Below are positions 11,890 to 25,524 of a DNA stretch of 64,000 nucleotides, piece after piece. The DNA is taken from NCBI GenBank assembly GCA_015680685.1, contig MNCI01002917.1, positions 99,521-163,520 on the forward strand, written 5' to 3'. The DNA comes from Gnetum montanum (taxonomy: Eukaryota; Plantae; Gnetophyta). Within the stretch, counting starts at the first letter, position 1. Each line of letters starts with the position of its first letter. Both the position numbers and the translations under genes were made by a program. The notes beneath the pieces are model-generated. The model did no database searches and was not told the DNA's origin. It was given only the letters and a program-made list of their open reading frames with translations.

Positions 11890-14800
11890 TTGATGATGAT
11901 AAAGGGACCTCACCAATTTAGAGATGACTTGGAAGTTTTAACATTTGAAAAATGCCACAAGACTAGATCTCCTTCTTTGATCTATCACAATTAGACATGC
12001 TCGTCATGGTTATGGTGTATGGTCTCTTGATAATTTTGAATATTAATTACTACTTGTTGTAATTCTCTTTAAGAATATCTATCTCAACATAGTGCATTTT
12101 GAAATTTTACTTATATTTCATCCAATTATTCAAGGCTACCCATAAAGAAGTTACATCCAACTCTACTAACAACATTGCTTCAAACTGATAAGTCAACATA
12201 GGTTGTCTAATTAAGACCTTCAACTTCTACTATGGCATGTTTTTTGGTGTTATATTTGAATATTTAATTAAGACCTTCAAGGTTGTCTACATAAAGCTAG
12301 AGAATATGAAAGAAATGTATTTACAAGTGAACATCCACAACATAGGGAAGGGAGAAAATGCCTTTCCATTTTTAAATAAGAAAGGTTGGTACCTGTTTTT
12401 ACCTTAAGATTACTAAACATTTCTTTCATGAATGTCATTGCTATATTAAAATGTTATTCCAACCAACAACAATTATTTGTGTTTTTGGTTTATGACAAAG
12501 ACGTAATCCTTTAGTGGAACAAGAACTCATTATGATGTTGGTTCAAATTTTTTGAAGAAAGTTCTACTATTGAGAATAATAATAAGCTATCCAAGATGAA
12601 GAGCCAATAAATTAAGGACTAGATGAAATATGCATATAAGAATCAAAACATTTTCTTACTATGAGAACCAAAACTTGAATGAGACCTATCACCTATTCAT
12701 TTAGAGGATGTTCTATGGAAGAATCAAATAGAGGAGAATCAATTCTTCCCAATTTCTAACAATCATTTTTAATACCATGATGAGGGATATCCCTTATAAT
12801 TAGGTAAGCCACATAGATAAGAAGGTGGATAAAAAGCTCGAAAACATTAGATTCATTGATGATAAAGATTTTAGCAACTTTAAGAACTTCAACTTCTACT
12901 ATGGCATGTTATGGTATTTCATAAAGTTACTTGCCTATAGTGATCACAATGTGGAAAACGTTTTTAATGATAAGTACTTTCCACCACCATTGTGTCAACA
13001 TGTTACTAGCATCATGATGATCCCTCCATCTACTATGGACGATTCATTAGATGTTACATCCTTATTATAGGAGGATGTTGCTAAGTCTACCATGCCAAAT
13101 AGTGTGGGGTTGTCTATGAAATATTTTATTCATGGTAACCTAGTGCAAGGGATGAAGGACATTAGAGCATGTGTTATGGAAACATAGGATGATGGATAGG
13201 CCTTTAAGAAGATGATGATGGAGGATGTTGAAAGTGTTAATCTTGATGATTCCAAGGAGGAGAGGTTGAGGAAAAAGGCTACCAAGATGGTAAAGAGACT
13301 AGGTAAACATAATTCATCACTTAATATTATATTATTTTGTTATTTTATGTTTTTAATTTATTTTGTTTTAGTTTATCATACTCCTCTTTTTTCTTTATTT
13401 TTTAGTTTTTACATGTCTTGACATTTTATGCCTATTATTAACAACTGTCTTGAAGGGATGAAAGAAAGCAAAGTAAGAGGCTTTAACCAATGCAAAAGAT
13501 GAAGGGAAAGAAAAGGAGGAAAAAGAAAGGCAAGAAAAGAGGTAAAGCAAAAAAGAAGGGAGAAAATAGAGGCTAGAGAAAAAGAGGCTATCATAAGAGC
13601 AAAAGAGGAAGAGATTACGAGAAGATTATTACAAAAATAGGTTGACTTGGATTTGTGAGATGATGTAAGTGAGATTAATACCATAAGTAAATGACTTTAT
13701 TGATGAATTTCTCAAAAACTCGTATCCTATCAAAGTGTAATAAGTTATTAGGTGATCATGTAGTTCATGGCTTAGATGAAATAGATGATGATATAATGCT
13801 ATCTCCTACTAGGATCCCTAGCTTCTTGGCCCCTAAGAAGGAGTCCATTTCTAATGAGATTGGGAAGAAGTGACATACAAGCAAGCTAGCAAACAAGAAT
13901 CAAATGTCTTCTAGTGAGTTAATGATTTTTAGCTTTAGCTTTTACTTTGTTAGGTATGTATGTATTTTTTGTTTATTTATGTTTTTTTAGTTTTAAAATT
14001 TTAGACTTATTATGATTTTTCTTATGCTTGTATGTATATATACAAAGTTGAAAAAAATGTTTTTAAAAAGCATTGACAAAGAAGAGTGGATATAGGGAAT
14101 GGTGGATAGATTTATAGAGAAGCTAAGGGTCATAACAAATACTGATGAGTTTGTGTAATTTTTATGGATAGCTGATGAGTCATGTTCTAACATGCTCCAA
14201 TATTGAATACCCAATATTGGAGCTTAGGATGCATTATCAAATATCCAATATCGCAAGGTATATGCCAGCCTATAAATATATCGCTTGGGTTCACAATTTT
14301 CATATCAATTTTTGTCATAGTTAGTGAAGCTCTTACATTTGTTTTCTCCAAAGTTAGAATATTTTCTGAGTGCCCACAGTAGGAGTCTGAGTGTGTACTA
14401 ATCTTTGTTCGAACACTGATGTACCTAAGCATAACAGTGTGATGGGAATAAAAATGAACCCTTTTGATCATCCTTGCAACACTAAGAATAGATTAATGTT
14501 TCCTTGATGCATTTAATATTCATGCACTTCTCTTTAATGCACTTTAATTAAGCAATTAATTTTTAGTTGTTAATGAACACAAGCATGACCACCTTGCGCA
14601 TACATGTAGCACTTGGTAACCTAGAAATGCTTAATGTTTGGTAACCCAGCAAGGCTATATGTGTTTAGGATGTCTTCAAGAAAGTGAGACAGGTACTTGT
14701 GTTAGGCTAGCTAGGCAATAGATGAATTAGATCTCAAATTACTCTACCTTTAATTCTTGTTGTAGGTGATTAAACTTATAAAATACAAAAATGGTAAAAA

Positions 14801-16200
14801 TCACATGCCTCAATTGCACTTAACCATATACTTGTACTTCACAAGTGGAATTGAGAAGACAACAAATGTTCTCAACACCCATTTCACTTCCTAGAAGAAC
14901 TAATGCACTAGAGAACTATAGGTCCATGGAATTCGACCGATCATATGTGAACAACTTAGTGATTCATATGATTGGATGTACGGGTATCTCGGTGCTCATC
15001 AATAGCTATAATGATAATGTTTGGTTTCTACATTAGGGAGAAAATGGGTGAATTACTTTTACAAATGTCTAGATTTTAGTTGAGTTTGAAAAAGTATCAA
15101 CTGTAGACCTTGATTTTCAAGTTCTTGAATTTGAGAATCTTGAGGTTTAGAAGATGATGGATGTTTTGGCTAGATATGGGATGGAGATGGTCTTTCTTGT
15201 TGTAAAGCCTATTGATGCTAATGTGGGCATAATAATGGAGCCAGTAACTGCTAAGAAGGATCATAAGAAGGCATTTTCATAGATGGCATGACTATAGGAA
15301 GAGTTGAAAAACTTAAAAGTAGATTTTCATGGAAGCAAAGTGCTATACCATAACCTCATAGCTTCTTCCTACTATTGGTTATTTAATTCTCACAATTTCT
15401 TAATGGCAATTTACATTGTCAATGAAGAAAAATTATTGACTATGGAGAGATTTAACACTAGACTAAAGAAACTTTACATAGCATGGGAGTATTAGGAATG
15501 TCAATAGAAGAGAAATAAGCTATTTTACAAGAAATAAGCTTTGTTTCTTATGAAATAGGTTTAGGAGGAAAGGAGTGCCATGAGGATAAGAGATTTGTTG
15601 AAAGAAAAGATGGAGATTAGTAATGTGATAAAAGTCATTGAGGAGTGTGTTATGGTGTTGCATCATGAGAAAGAAAAATAGTACCAAGTTCTATGGAAGA
15701 GGAGGAGGATAGTAGGATTAGGAGAAAGGTGAATGTGGATGAACCTATCTTGCTAGAGATACCAGATGTGAACCTACAAAACTTGGTATTTACTTCCCTC
15801 ACCCCAAAGCAAATAACTCAAAAGCTCATAAATGAGTATGGCAAATAAGTAGTAGTAATGGAATGAAAAGAAGATGAAGCAAGTCCTAGTGATGCACCAT
15901 GGGTAAGAAATGATTATTTGAGTTAATTTTAATATTTATTTTGTTTTCATGTTGATCTTTTAGCCTATATATTTTTATAGTTTTTTTATTTTTTATATTA
16001 TATATAATTTATAAATGTTTGTATTTTTTTTTTAATTTTTACAAATACAGATGTACCATGAGCTTTTGGCAGTGAAGCTAACTACAAAGATGAGATAGAA
16101 GTGATGGGAAAGATTTTTTCTAGCAATGGTTTAGGCACATATGACTAGCAGTGAGAGATGAGAGTTGTTGGGGTGTGATGTTCTTTTAATTGATGATAGC
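11890..16200 (+). pseudogene. Decayed, apparently spliced, TE-associated gene remnant with charged coiled-coil-like segments; interrupted by a solo LTR
   Basis: Purine-rich coding-like blocks (IRFIDDKDFSNFKNFNFYYGMLW; EDVESVNLDDSKEERLRKK; EKIEAREKEAIIRAKEEE) alternate with T-rich GT..AG blocks (13303-~13455; from 13914; 15903-16050). Confidence 0.45.
14173..15001 (+). mobile_element. Athila-family solo LTR, TSD ATAGC/ATAGC
   Basis: TGATGAGTC...GCTCATCA termini, perfect 5-bp TSD, TATA cctataaata, homology to the other family LTRs. Confidence 0.95.
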
Positions 16201-18895
16201 ATGTATCTATGATGAAAATTTGTATAAACATTGGTTACGATATAGGTATTGTCTTTGTTTATCAACTTTATGTTTTATATGTTTATAGTTTTATGGTTTT
16301 TCATTTTTATATTTTTCTAATTTTCTATGTTTTGGAATTTTTTATTTTTAAAATAGTTATGTTTTTCAAGTTTATTCTAATGTAGAATTAAGATGAATGC
16401 TAGTCGAAATGAAAGATCTAAATATGCTTAAAGAGAATGCTAGGAAATAAAAATAACATATAAAAAAGAACTAAACTATGAAAGTGATAAACATGATGAG
16501 ATAGTAAAATAGAGTAACAAAATAACATGAACAACTAGAATTAGAAATATAAAATGTATGTAAAAGTTAAGTAATGAATAAATAAAGAAAAAGATAAAAG
16601 AAGATGTAATCTCTAGAGTGGCTATGCTTTAGCTATGGCTTTTCTAGCCTACTGCCTTATTAAATTTTTGACATGTTTGATAGATTCAATGATGTCCACT
16701 TCTCTGAATCCTAAGTATATGAATTCATACACGTTAGATGACTAAGGGATAGTAACATTAGCTTCATTAACTTCTTTAGTTAATGAAGTTTGTTCTACTA
16801 CTGCATGTTGGGATCCTAAACTAGTTTCATCTAGGATATCAAGGTGGAAGATTGCAAGTACTTTAAAATCTACACATATAACTATTTCCTCATCTTTACA
16901 CAAAAAATGTATCTCTTGGTGTATAAGTAAGAAAATGGCATGATGATAAGCTAACCAAGGCCTACCAAGGATAGCATTAATATTAGATGAATCTCTAATA
17001 ATAATAAAATTAGTCTTAGACATAATATAACTCCCTACTAAAAAAGCCAAATTTATCACCTCTGTAATTTCTACTCTAGCCTCACTAAACAAAATCAAAT
17101 AGGAGTAATAATTACAATCTATGATCTATTTTTAAAGGTCGAGATGCTTGATGATTACCCATGAGATAATGTTAGTTCTGGCTCCATCATCTACATGCAT
17201 CAAGAATAATATCACATTGTTCTTGATCCATACCATGATATAGATAGATAATTAACACACAACATCCATAGCTAGATGGATCTTGATGTTCTTCCCGTTT
17301 AAGACCAAATTGTCCACCTAATATCATGAGTTGTTAAGCATTGATGAAGTTGCTTGAGCATGAAACTAGATGTCTATTAGTATAGGTTAGATTTAAGAAT
17401 CTTTTCTAATGGTAAGTAATGCTCTTTGAAGTTGAGATGAGATTAAAAAGAGAGAGAGTCATTCTCTTTGATTTCATTGCTACCATGATTTAAGGCAAAG
17501 CTTTACCCCTAAGAGTTGCATCCTTGATGGTTGGTGCTAGAGGAATTAAGTCTAATGTAGGGTTAGTTGATGTAGTTGTAAAAGCATGAATTATGCCTAT
17601 GTAACCTAGAAAGTGACCTTCTTCTTATTTTGAACAAGTTGTTTATTTGTCTATTCTTTCTCTTTCTCTATATCATTTTTCGCTACTACCTTTTGAGCCC
17701 TGGTGAGGATCTTGATAGGTGGTGTTAGAGTGAAAAGCAAGGATGGTTCTTGTAACTTAGATGGAAAAGAAAGATGAGATGGAGGAGGTATAGCATAGGA
17801 CAAGATAGGAGGATAGCCAATAGTTCTAGATGGCATATGCAAAGGTAACTGATTCTATCAAGGAGATGGAGGATAGCTATATAGAGGGTTTGAGTGCATA
17901 GGAGCCACATTGTAATGGGGTAGCATGTCAGTGATGTGGATGTGGATGTGCTAGAGTTATCTAAAGGTAGGTTAATAACAAAAGGCATTATGGGCTTTAA
18001 AAGATGGGTAGATAGATGAAACTTATTTTGGGATGGGTCCATTTAAATGAAAAAGGTGATTTTAGGATGATTATCTTTGGATTCCACATGAAAAGAAAAA
18101 ATCCTCCTTGAGTAAGCATTCAATGAATCTTAAAATATCTACATGTTTTGATTACTAAGCTAGATTGAAGTGTTGAAAACTATCTCTTATTTTTCCACTA
18201 GCACTTGGACATCATCTTTGAGGGTATTTCAGTTGTCAATATCATGTCTTGCAGTCTCATGATAATAACAAAACTTATTAGGATTGTACCACTTATAGAT
18301 AGGTGGATCTCCTTCCAATCATTAGGAAGGATTAGTGATCAAAGCTTTTAATCTCTTGAATCATGTTTTTATCTATTTTGAAACCTATTTTAACATGATG
18401 TACACCTCCTTTATTAGCATGTTATACAATTGTTTATAGGTCATTAGAAACTTGTGATATTTTGATAGATCCTTGGGCTACCTACTTCATTGATCCCTAC
18501 TTGATGAATTTTTCCCAACATCATTAGGATTTAAATCTGTGTTTTTATTTTCTCCATTATTTAATGATGATCCTAATGAATTTTGATTCACCAAAACTAG
18601 GGTTTACCTCATGAATAGAGAGACTTTCTCCTTGCCAGCTGCATTGTTAGCCTTATTGTAAAAGTTTACCTATTCACGATCATTATGTTAAATAGTCATC
18701 TTCTTGATGTGCTTTGTAGAAGTAATGGCATCATGGAGATTATGTGACCTAGGATAGACTAGCTTTTCTCTAATATAATCATTGATGAATCCCTTAAAAA
18801 TGTTCCACAGTTGATCATTAGGTAGGGAATGATGAGCTTAATCATTACTCAAGTCCCTTGAGGAATGAACTTAGAGATAGATTAGGTGAAAGCCT

Positions 18896-20945
18896 TATCA
18901 CACCTCAAGTTTTAACCATAGATAATTTATATAAATCACTTAAAGATTTAAGAAATAAAACTTAATTAGGTAATAAATCCTCGAATGACTTAAACACTTA
19001 TCGAAGCCATGAAAGCATATAAAAACTTAGAAGCGTAATAACTGAGAAATCACTTAAAATCTAAATTAGCATATAAATATCATGTAGGCTGGTTACAATC
19101 TGAATCAAAGTTCAACATAAAATCTAGATTTAGACCCAAGTTACAAATATATATAATAGTAGCAACATAATAAGAAGACATAGAGAGATAATCTGTCATT
19201 CAACATTGATCCTTTAACCATCTTTACATTGATCTCCTCCAAAAACTCTAGCTAAATCTACATGGGACACACATAGAAAGGGTTAATACACCTTCATGTG
19301 AGGAAATCCATACAAAAGCTCCTTGAAGCAAGATTGGAAGACTAGGTCCAAGTTTCTAAAACATATAATTAGTATCACTAGAATATTTATCCACATAAAT
19401 GTTAACATATAATTAATCATAAAATTCATAAATTACTCATAATAGTGATATCCTGTGAGGTCCCCAACATCAAACAATAGAAGAACTACAAGGTTTATAC
19501 TAACTACAACTAGCCATCCTGCATGATACTATCCAATTTTTGGGTAGAAATTATTATGTAATATCATTTCCAACTATTAGGTTATGTTATGGCTAGCATT
19601 AATCTTATAGCTACCATAAGCTTATCACTTCTTAGATCATTCTAAATGAAGTTTGCTACTAAAATGTCAATCTCTAAGCAAACATGACCAATCTTGCAAC
19701 CATCACTAGTACCTGCCCATTGACAAAAGTTCCAAACAAGGTATGATACTTACTCAACTGCAATCCCCAAGTGAACATGATTAGTCTTGTAAGCACTATA
19801 ACTACTTGCCCATTGCCAACAAGTCACATACCAATGGCCTCCTAAAATTATACCAACTATATCCTCTTAAGACTATTTAGGCATTTCCAACATGTCAAAC
19901 ACACCCATATGTGTCCGAAACATCTACCATTTGATGTTGTTTGAACATGCTACTTCTACCTAACATTGAAATGGATGTGCAGAACCAAAAAATGCACAGA
20001 AAATATGAAAATGGCAAATAATAGATTGATCATAAGAAAAATAAAGTTAGATTAACTACACATAAAATATGATTAAATTAGTAATGCAAACCCTTAAAAA
20101 AAGGAACACAAGTATAAGAGGTAAGGTTCTTATCAAAATTGATAGAATTAAGAACATGTTCTCCACCTCAAGAGATCAGATGAGATCCAAGCTTTGCTGA
20201 GAAAGAACATGTTTAGATCTAGAAATTACCAAAAGATCCATCAAGCACAACCCCAAGCAAGAGAATGGAAGAGAAAAAATTATACAATTAATGGCAAGAG
20301 AGCCAATGTTGCCATGTATTTATAGGCACACAAGGTAGCATTTGAGAAATTCTAAGAATAAATATTTGATATTTATTTTCCAATAATAAGGTAGCATGTA
20401 TTCCCAAGAGGGTCCAATGGTCAACCAATGCATCAAAGCCACCAAGAGATCATTATAATGAGTCATGTATCCAAGAATGGGTTCCAAGATAAAATAAAAG
20501 AATAAATAGAACAAACCTCAAATATTTATTTAACATGTCTTATAACTATACTCTTACTTTAATTTTAAAAATCATAATAAAATAAAATATGAAAATATAA
20601 ATTTAATCATTAATAATATACCATTAATGGACCACCATAATCCTTTTAGCCATCCATACTTAAGAGCAATGAAAGTTATCAAAGATAATCATAAAATAAA
20701 GTCAAATAAATTAAAAATAAAAGAATATCAAAATATCATATGTAAGTAAAGGTTCAAGATTCCAAACCTCAAGATGCATAACAACTAAGAGATCTTAGAT
20801 TCAAATCTTAATAGCATAAAATAAGGGATGTTAGAAACCATTAATAAGGTATTAGATAATAAAATATAACATTACTCTTAAAGAACAAGCATAGTAATAG
20901 AAAACAAGACAAAAGTCCTAAGCTTTAAAACACTAGGATATTATA
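18896..20945 (-). mobile_element. ~2.05-kb solo LTR with chromovirus (Tekay-like) termini, TSD AGCCT/AACCT
   Basis: Decayed termini tatcacacctc and aaaacactaggatattata, resembling TGTCACACC and GGGATGTTACA. TSD matches 4/5. Removing it rejoins the host gag. Confidence 0.65.
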
Positions 20946-20976
20946 AACCTACTTGATGACTAAGAGCTTTTGTAGT

Positions 20977-21983
20977 TGATGAGACATGATATGTCAGGAA
21001 ACTTCATTAATGCATCCCTATCAACGAAGCCTCATAGATGCCTCTAAGATGCGTCAACACATATGTGTGGATGAAAATGCGTAGATGCATTAATGAGAAA
21101 CACATCTTAGATGCACTGACATAGCCCTGTTGATGCATCCTTATCGATGCATCCCTATCAACACATCCCCATTGATGTAGCTAAATGTGTTAACATATCT
21201 CTATCAATGTAATGCCTATATTTTCCTATGAATATGTGAAAACTTGCCACATATTTGGCACTATTTAGTTAGTAGTGTAGCCAAACTCTTGCCATTTTAT
21301 TTCATAACCTTAGCAAATAGTCAATGAGTGCCTAAAATGTGGATTTGTGTCAGTTGTACAATGTCTTATTCAAGTGGCATTGTACTTGGACACATTCCAT
21401 GAATAACAATAAGATCAAGATTGATTCCTATTCATTGTAGCACTTTAACTTAGAATAGATTTACTTTTAATGTAATTTATTTTCTATGTACTTAGTTAAC
21501 ATTTACATTTCTATGCACATTAATCAATTGACGGAATGAGCATGACTAGTTTCAAGCATAAACATGTATTCACTTGGTAATCCTAGTAGCGTTACTGCTT
21601 CATTTGCCCAGTAGCATAACACTTGGTAATCCTAGCAATGGATACATGAGTTCAAGACATGTATGGCAAGCTAGAAATGGACACTCATCACCCTTAGGAT
21701 AGGTTAGGATGTATCTTCTTATTATTAATTATTTTAAATAATTAATTTCTACATTATTATCCAATTAGTTTAAAGATGACACAACATAAATAATCATATG
21801 CCTCACTTTGGACTAAACCATATGTGAAAAAGCTACCACTAGTTCAAGTGGGAAGATAGCGACCTGTAATCAATGTGTAACAATCTAGATACCATACTAG
21901 TTCCATCCACAAAATTTGATCAGATTGCATGTGAACACTTGTGATTTGTATGGTTGAACATAGGGTATACACACTACTCATTA
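20977..21983 (+). mobile_element. Athila-family solo LTR (divergent subfamily), TSD GTAGT/GTAGT
   Basis: TGATGAGAC...CTCATTA termini and a perfect TSD; inserted in the Tat gag. Confidence 0.9.
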
Positions 21984-23499
21984 GTAGTGTATCACTCCTA
22001 CTGATATTGTATTTGAATTTTTCCACAAAAGTTGTGAAGAGCTACTCTAAAGAAGTGAGCAATCAATGAGGAATCATCCTATACTAATCAAGTGCTTTTC
22101 TTATTAGTAAGTTCAAAAAGCTCCTTAGAACGGTATAAGGGTATTTGGCCAACAACATACACTCATTGTGAAAGGTAATAACATGATTAGTAGGGTTAAA
22201 TTGCTTATTGTACTTAGTGAAGTTTACCCTTTTGGAAACTTGAGTAGATGGGATCGATGTGCTAATAATGAGGAGATGAATGATAGAAACTATAGGAGTC
22301 CCCCCATGTAATGTAATGGTTTTTTATGTTTGATCCTATTTAGCCTGTAATATAGATGATAAGTCTTTGAGCAAAAGCATTAGTTCAGTTGGAATATCAG
22401 GAATGATTAGGATTGTAGGATTACTTAGGATAGGATTATGCATAGGAAACATTATCTAGGGAAGTGTAACAATGATCATGGAAATAGGTTGCAAGACATT
22501 TTATGAAGGTAAACACAGGGAAGATGGGAGGAATGACAAAGAAACCTACAACTACTAAACTAGTGATATAAGGAATAAAGATTGGAACAAGTTCAATAGT
22601 AGATTGAGATTTTGAACTATGTGTGAGATGTTGGATTAATGATTTTTGTGTTTAGAAACAAAGTATAGATAAATGACAAGGTAACTATAGAAGGAGCAAT
22701 AGCAATGGTAGCAATTAGAGTATGAGCTGTTGGGTAGATCATTTAAGGAAGGTGTAAGGTCATTGGATTAGTGGAGTTGATGAGGTAAATATGCTAGGAA
22801 GCTAAACATGATGGTTACATAATTTGTTGATTGAGTGATTTCGTGGACAATGAAACATATGGATTCTCATTCTGCTCATCATCATGAATGCTAATGTTAT
22901 CTTCACATTTACATTATTGGTCCTACAATTGATAACTCCTATTGAAGTTGATGTTGGAATGACCAATGAGGTGATCAATCATAGCCTTCCTTTACTATAT
23001 TTTAGCATTGACTAGTACTTGTCTCTCATTCTTGATAAGAAAATATTCTACAAGTACATTCCTTTCATATTTATCCAACTCCATAGTCTAGTTAAAATTT
23101 GGAAGAAAATCCTTTAAGTTGTTAAAAGCTTCATAAGTAGCCATTATCCATAGCTCATTCTCAGAGAGTGCAATGTTTAGCTTGCACTTGGCACATGTGA
23201 TCTTGTAGTCATGTTTAGACATCAATGTCATGAATGCCTATGCTTTCATCATCTCCATCAATCTATGAACTTGGGAGCTCTAAGATGTTTTAGATCCTTG
23301 GCTAAACATGGTGTTAACAAAGTGTATTTTGCATAAATTTGGAAAAAATGGTCAAGCGTAAATGGGAAAAGAGAGAAAATTAAGACAAAAATGTTAAAAT
23401 ATGCAAAATAAAGATGCTGAAATGAACCTATGGCCTTCTAGGTAAAGGGTTTGTGACACTAGAAAACCTATTGGCCCTTCTTCTAGTACTAGAAAAATT

Positions 23500-24207
23500 C
23501 TTGCAAAAATATTTTCTCCTAAATATACAAGAATGCCTCCATGAATTACATGTTTGAGTATATGATCTATGATCATAAATAGTCTTCGATAATATTCCTT
23601 AATATATCCTCAATATTTGACAATAATCCTCAATATTCGACAATATTAAAATAAAGGAGCACATACCTTAAATTAAACATGAACTTATCCTGTTGATCAA
23701 TATTAGAAGTGATAGGGGTTTAGATAGATATAAGTGAAATTAACAATAAATTCAATTTTCAATAATACTGATAAGATCTAAGTGATGCTAGAATATTTAA
23801 AGAAAATGAGGAACATAAAGTAAATAATGAATTATAGATTGAATATGTGCAAAAGGTTTTGGATTTTCCCTTTCCAAAACAAAAAGTTCTTTCTTAATCA
23901 AAAGACAAAGTTTGTCTAGGCCAAAAACTATAATGGTGGGGGATATAAATTTGAAAATGAAATTGATAAAATGAACTTAATATTCAAACAAGTGAATGGC
24001 TTAAACATTGGAATTTGATCTTTTATAGGTTTGGAGATGAATGGAAGGTCTTTTTGATGCTATGTGGAGCTGATTCAAGGGTTAAATAGAGAAGTTTCTA
24101 GGAGTTATTCTATAGGTTATGCTAGCATTGTATCAAATAATATTGATGCTAGCATTTGTGATGCTAACACTATACTAGATAATGCTAACACTGACCTTGG
24201 TGATGCT
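23500..24207 (-). repeat. Truncated LTR-like segment upstream of Tat element 2 gag; homologous to 8860-9545
   Basis: Collinear homology to 8860-9545 ends abruptly at ~24207, where LINE sequence begins. Confidence 0.7.
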
Positions 24208-24209
24208 TG

Positions 24210-24693
24210 ATAAAAAATTTTAAATCCTATTTAAAATGATAAGATCAATACCTTGTCCCCATTCTAATATGTGTTTTCTTGTTTGATTTGTTTTAGTATC
24301 CTCTGATGTTCTTTCCCATCTAATTCTAATTTAACCATAATCTTGCATATTTAGTTGTCCTTGATTATTCTACCACTCTAAAATATTAATATGCCTAGAA
24401 CCAATTATTGCATTAAAGTTCCCACAAATATAAACTTTATCTTTTAATATAAATTCTACTATATTTCAACTTAAATATTGAAAAGGATTTTTTTTTTATA
24501 AACCTAGTTTTGCATAATATGTTGCATCCTATGGGTGGAAGTAAGAAAACACAAGGAATACAAGGCATTTTTTCTGAATCTTTAACGAAATAGATTTTTA
24601 TGCTCATCCTTAATTAGAAATATATATTTTTTGAAAATATAAGATAATCTACTCGATGGTTTTCCTTCTTTATGAGATGTAATACTTACTATC
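24210..24693 (-). mobile_element. LINE ORF2 apurinic-like endonuclease remnant, 3' part
   Basis: Minus strand KVYICGNFNAIIG (GDFNAxIG motif, ~24400-24440) and SYFHP*DATYY (CYxPP-like). Confidence 0.7.
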
Positions 24694-25524
24694 TAATGAG
24701 CCCCTACACCCAACCATACAAATCACTAAGGCATTATGCATGATCTAGTCAAATTTCATGGACCTATAGTTATCTAATGCACTAACTCTTCTAGGAGGTG
24801 AAATGGGCATTGAGAATGTTCATTATCTTCCCAATTACACTTGTGAGGTTCAAGGGTATGGTTTAAGTGTAATTGAGGTATATGAATTTTTCTTACTTTA
24901 TATTTTATGGATTTGGTCACCTACAACAAGAATGAAGAGTAGAGTAACTTAGAATCTAACTTGTTTACTGCCCACTCTCCCAAACACATCTTGAACACAT
25001 ATAGCACTACTAGGCTACCAAACGTTAAGTGTTGCTAGGTTACCAAGTACTATATGAATGCTTGAAGTGGTTATGCTTGCATTCATTAATTGCTGAAAAT
25101 AAATTACTTAATTCAAATGCATTAAAAGAAAGAGCAAGAAAGTAAAGTACAATAAAGAAAATATTAAGCTATTCTCAGTGTTGCAAGAATTATCAAAAGA
25201 GTTCATTTTATTCCTGTTACACTACTATGCTTAGGTACATCAATGCTCGAACAAAGAACTGTACACACTTAGACTCCTTCTATGGGTACTCAGAAAATAT
25301 TCTAACTTTGAGGAAAAGAAATGGTAAAATCTTTGCTACTCTAACTAGGAAACACCAAAAACTAACTTTAAAATTGGAGCCCAGGTGCAATATTTATAGC
25401 CTTGGGGTATACACCCTAACGTCACATATGTGACATCACATCTAAACCTCGACATCACGTATGAGACATTGCGACTTCAACATTGCATACCAACATTGGA
25501 GTCGACATAAAATGTGACTTATCA
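24694..25524 (-). repeat. 3' LTR of the full-length Athila
   Basis: taatgagc...gacttatca termini; 16 mismatches to the 5' LTR in one 180-bp block. Confidence 0.9.

Larger units (their letters stand above)
16420..23400 (-). mobile_element. Tat/Ogre-like element 2: gag and protease, no pol; gag interrupted by two solo LTRs
   Basis: Gag VNFTKYNKQFNPTNHVITFHNECMLL (~22150-22230) continues across both insertions (SDT|TKAL.., IK*AFT*SISKFI, LPNDQLWNIFKGFIND). YNPNKFCYYHETARHDIDN at ~18235-18290. Protease MHVDDGARTNII (~17165-17200) and NAILGRPWL (ORF 16742-17098). Confidence 0.8.

Noticed and set aside
14172-14200. CTGATGA followed by the hairpin catgtt/aacatg, resembling a hammerhead ribozyme (retrozyme) core
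   Set aside because: The C belongs to the TSD, TGATGA is simply the LTR terminus, no GAAA follows the stem, and other copies lack the pattern.
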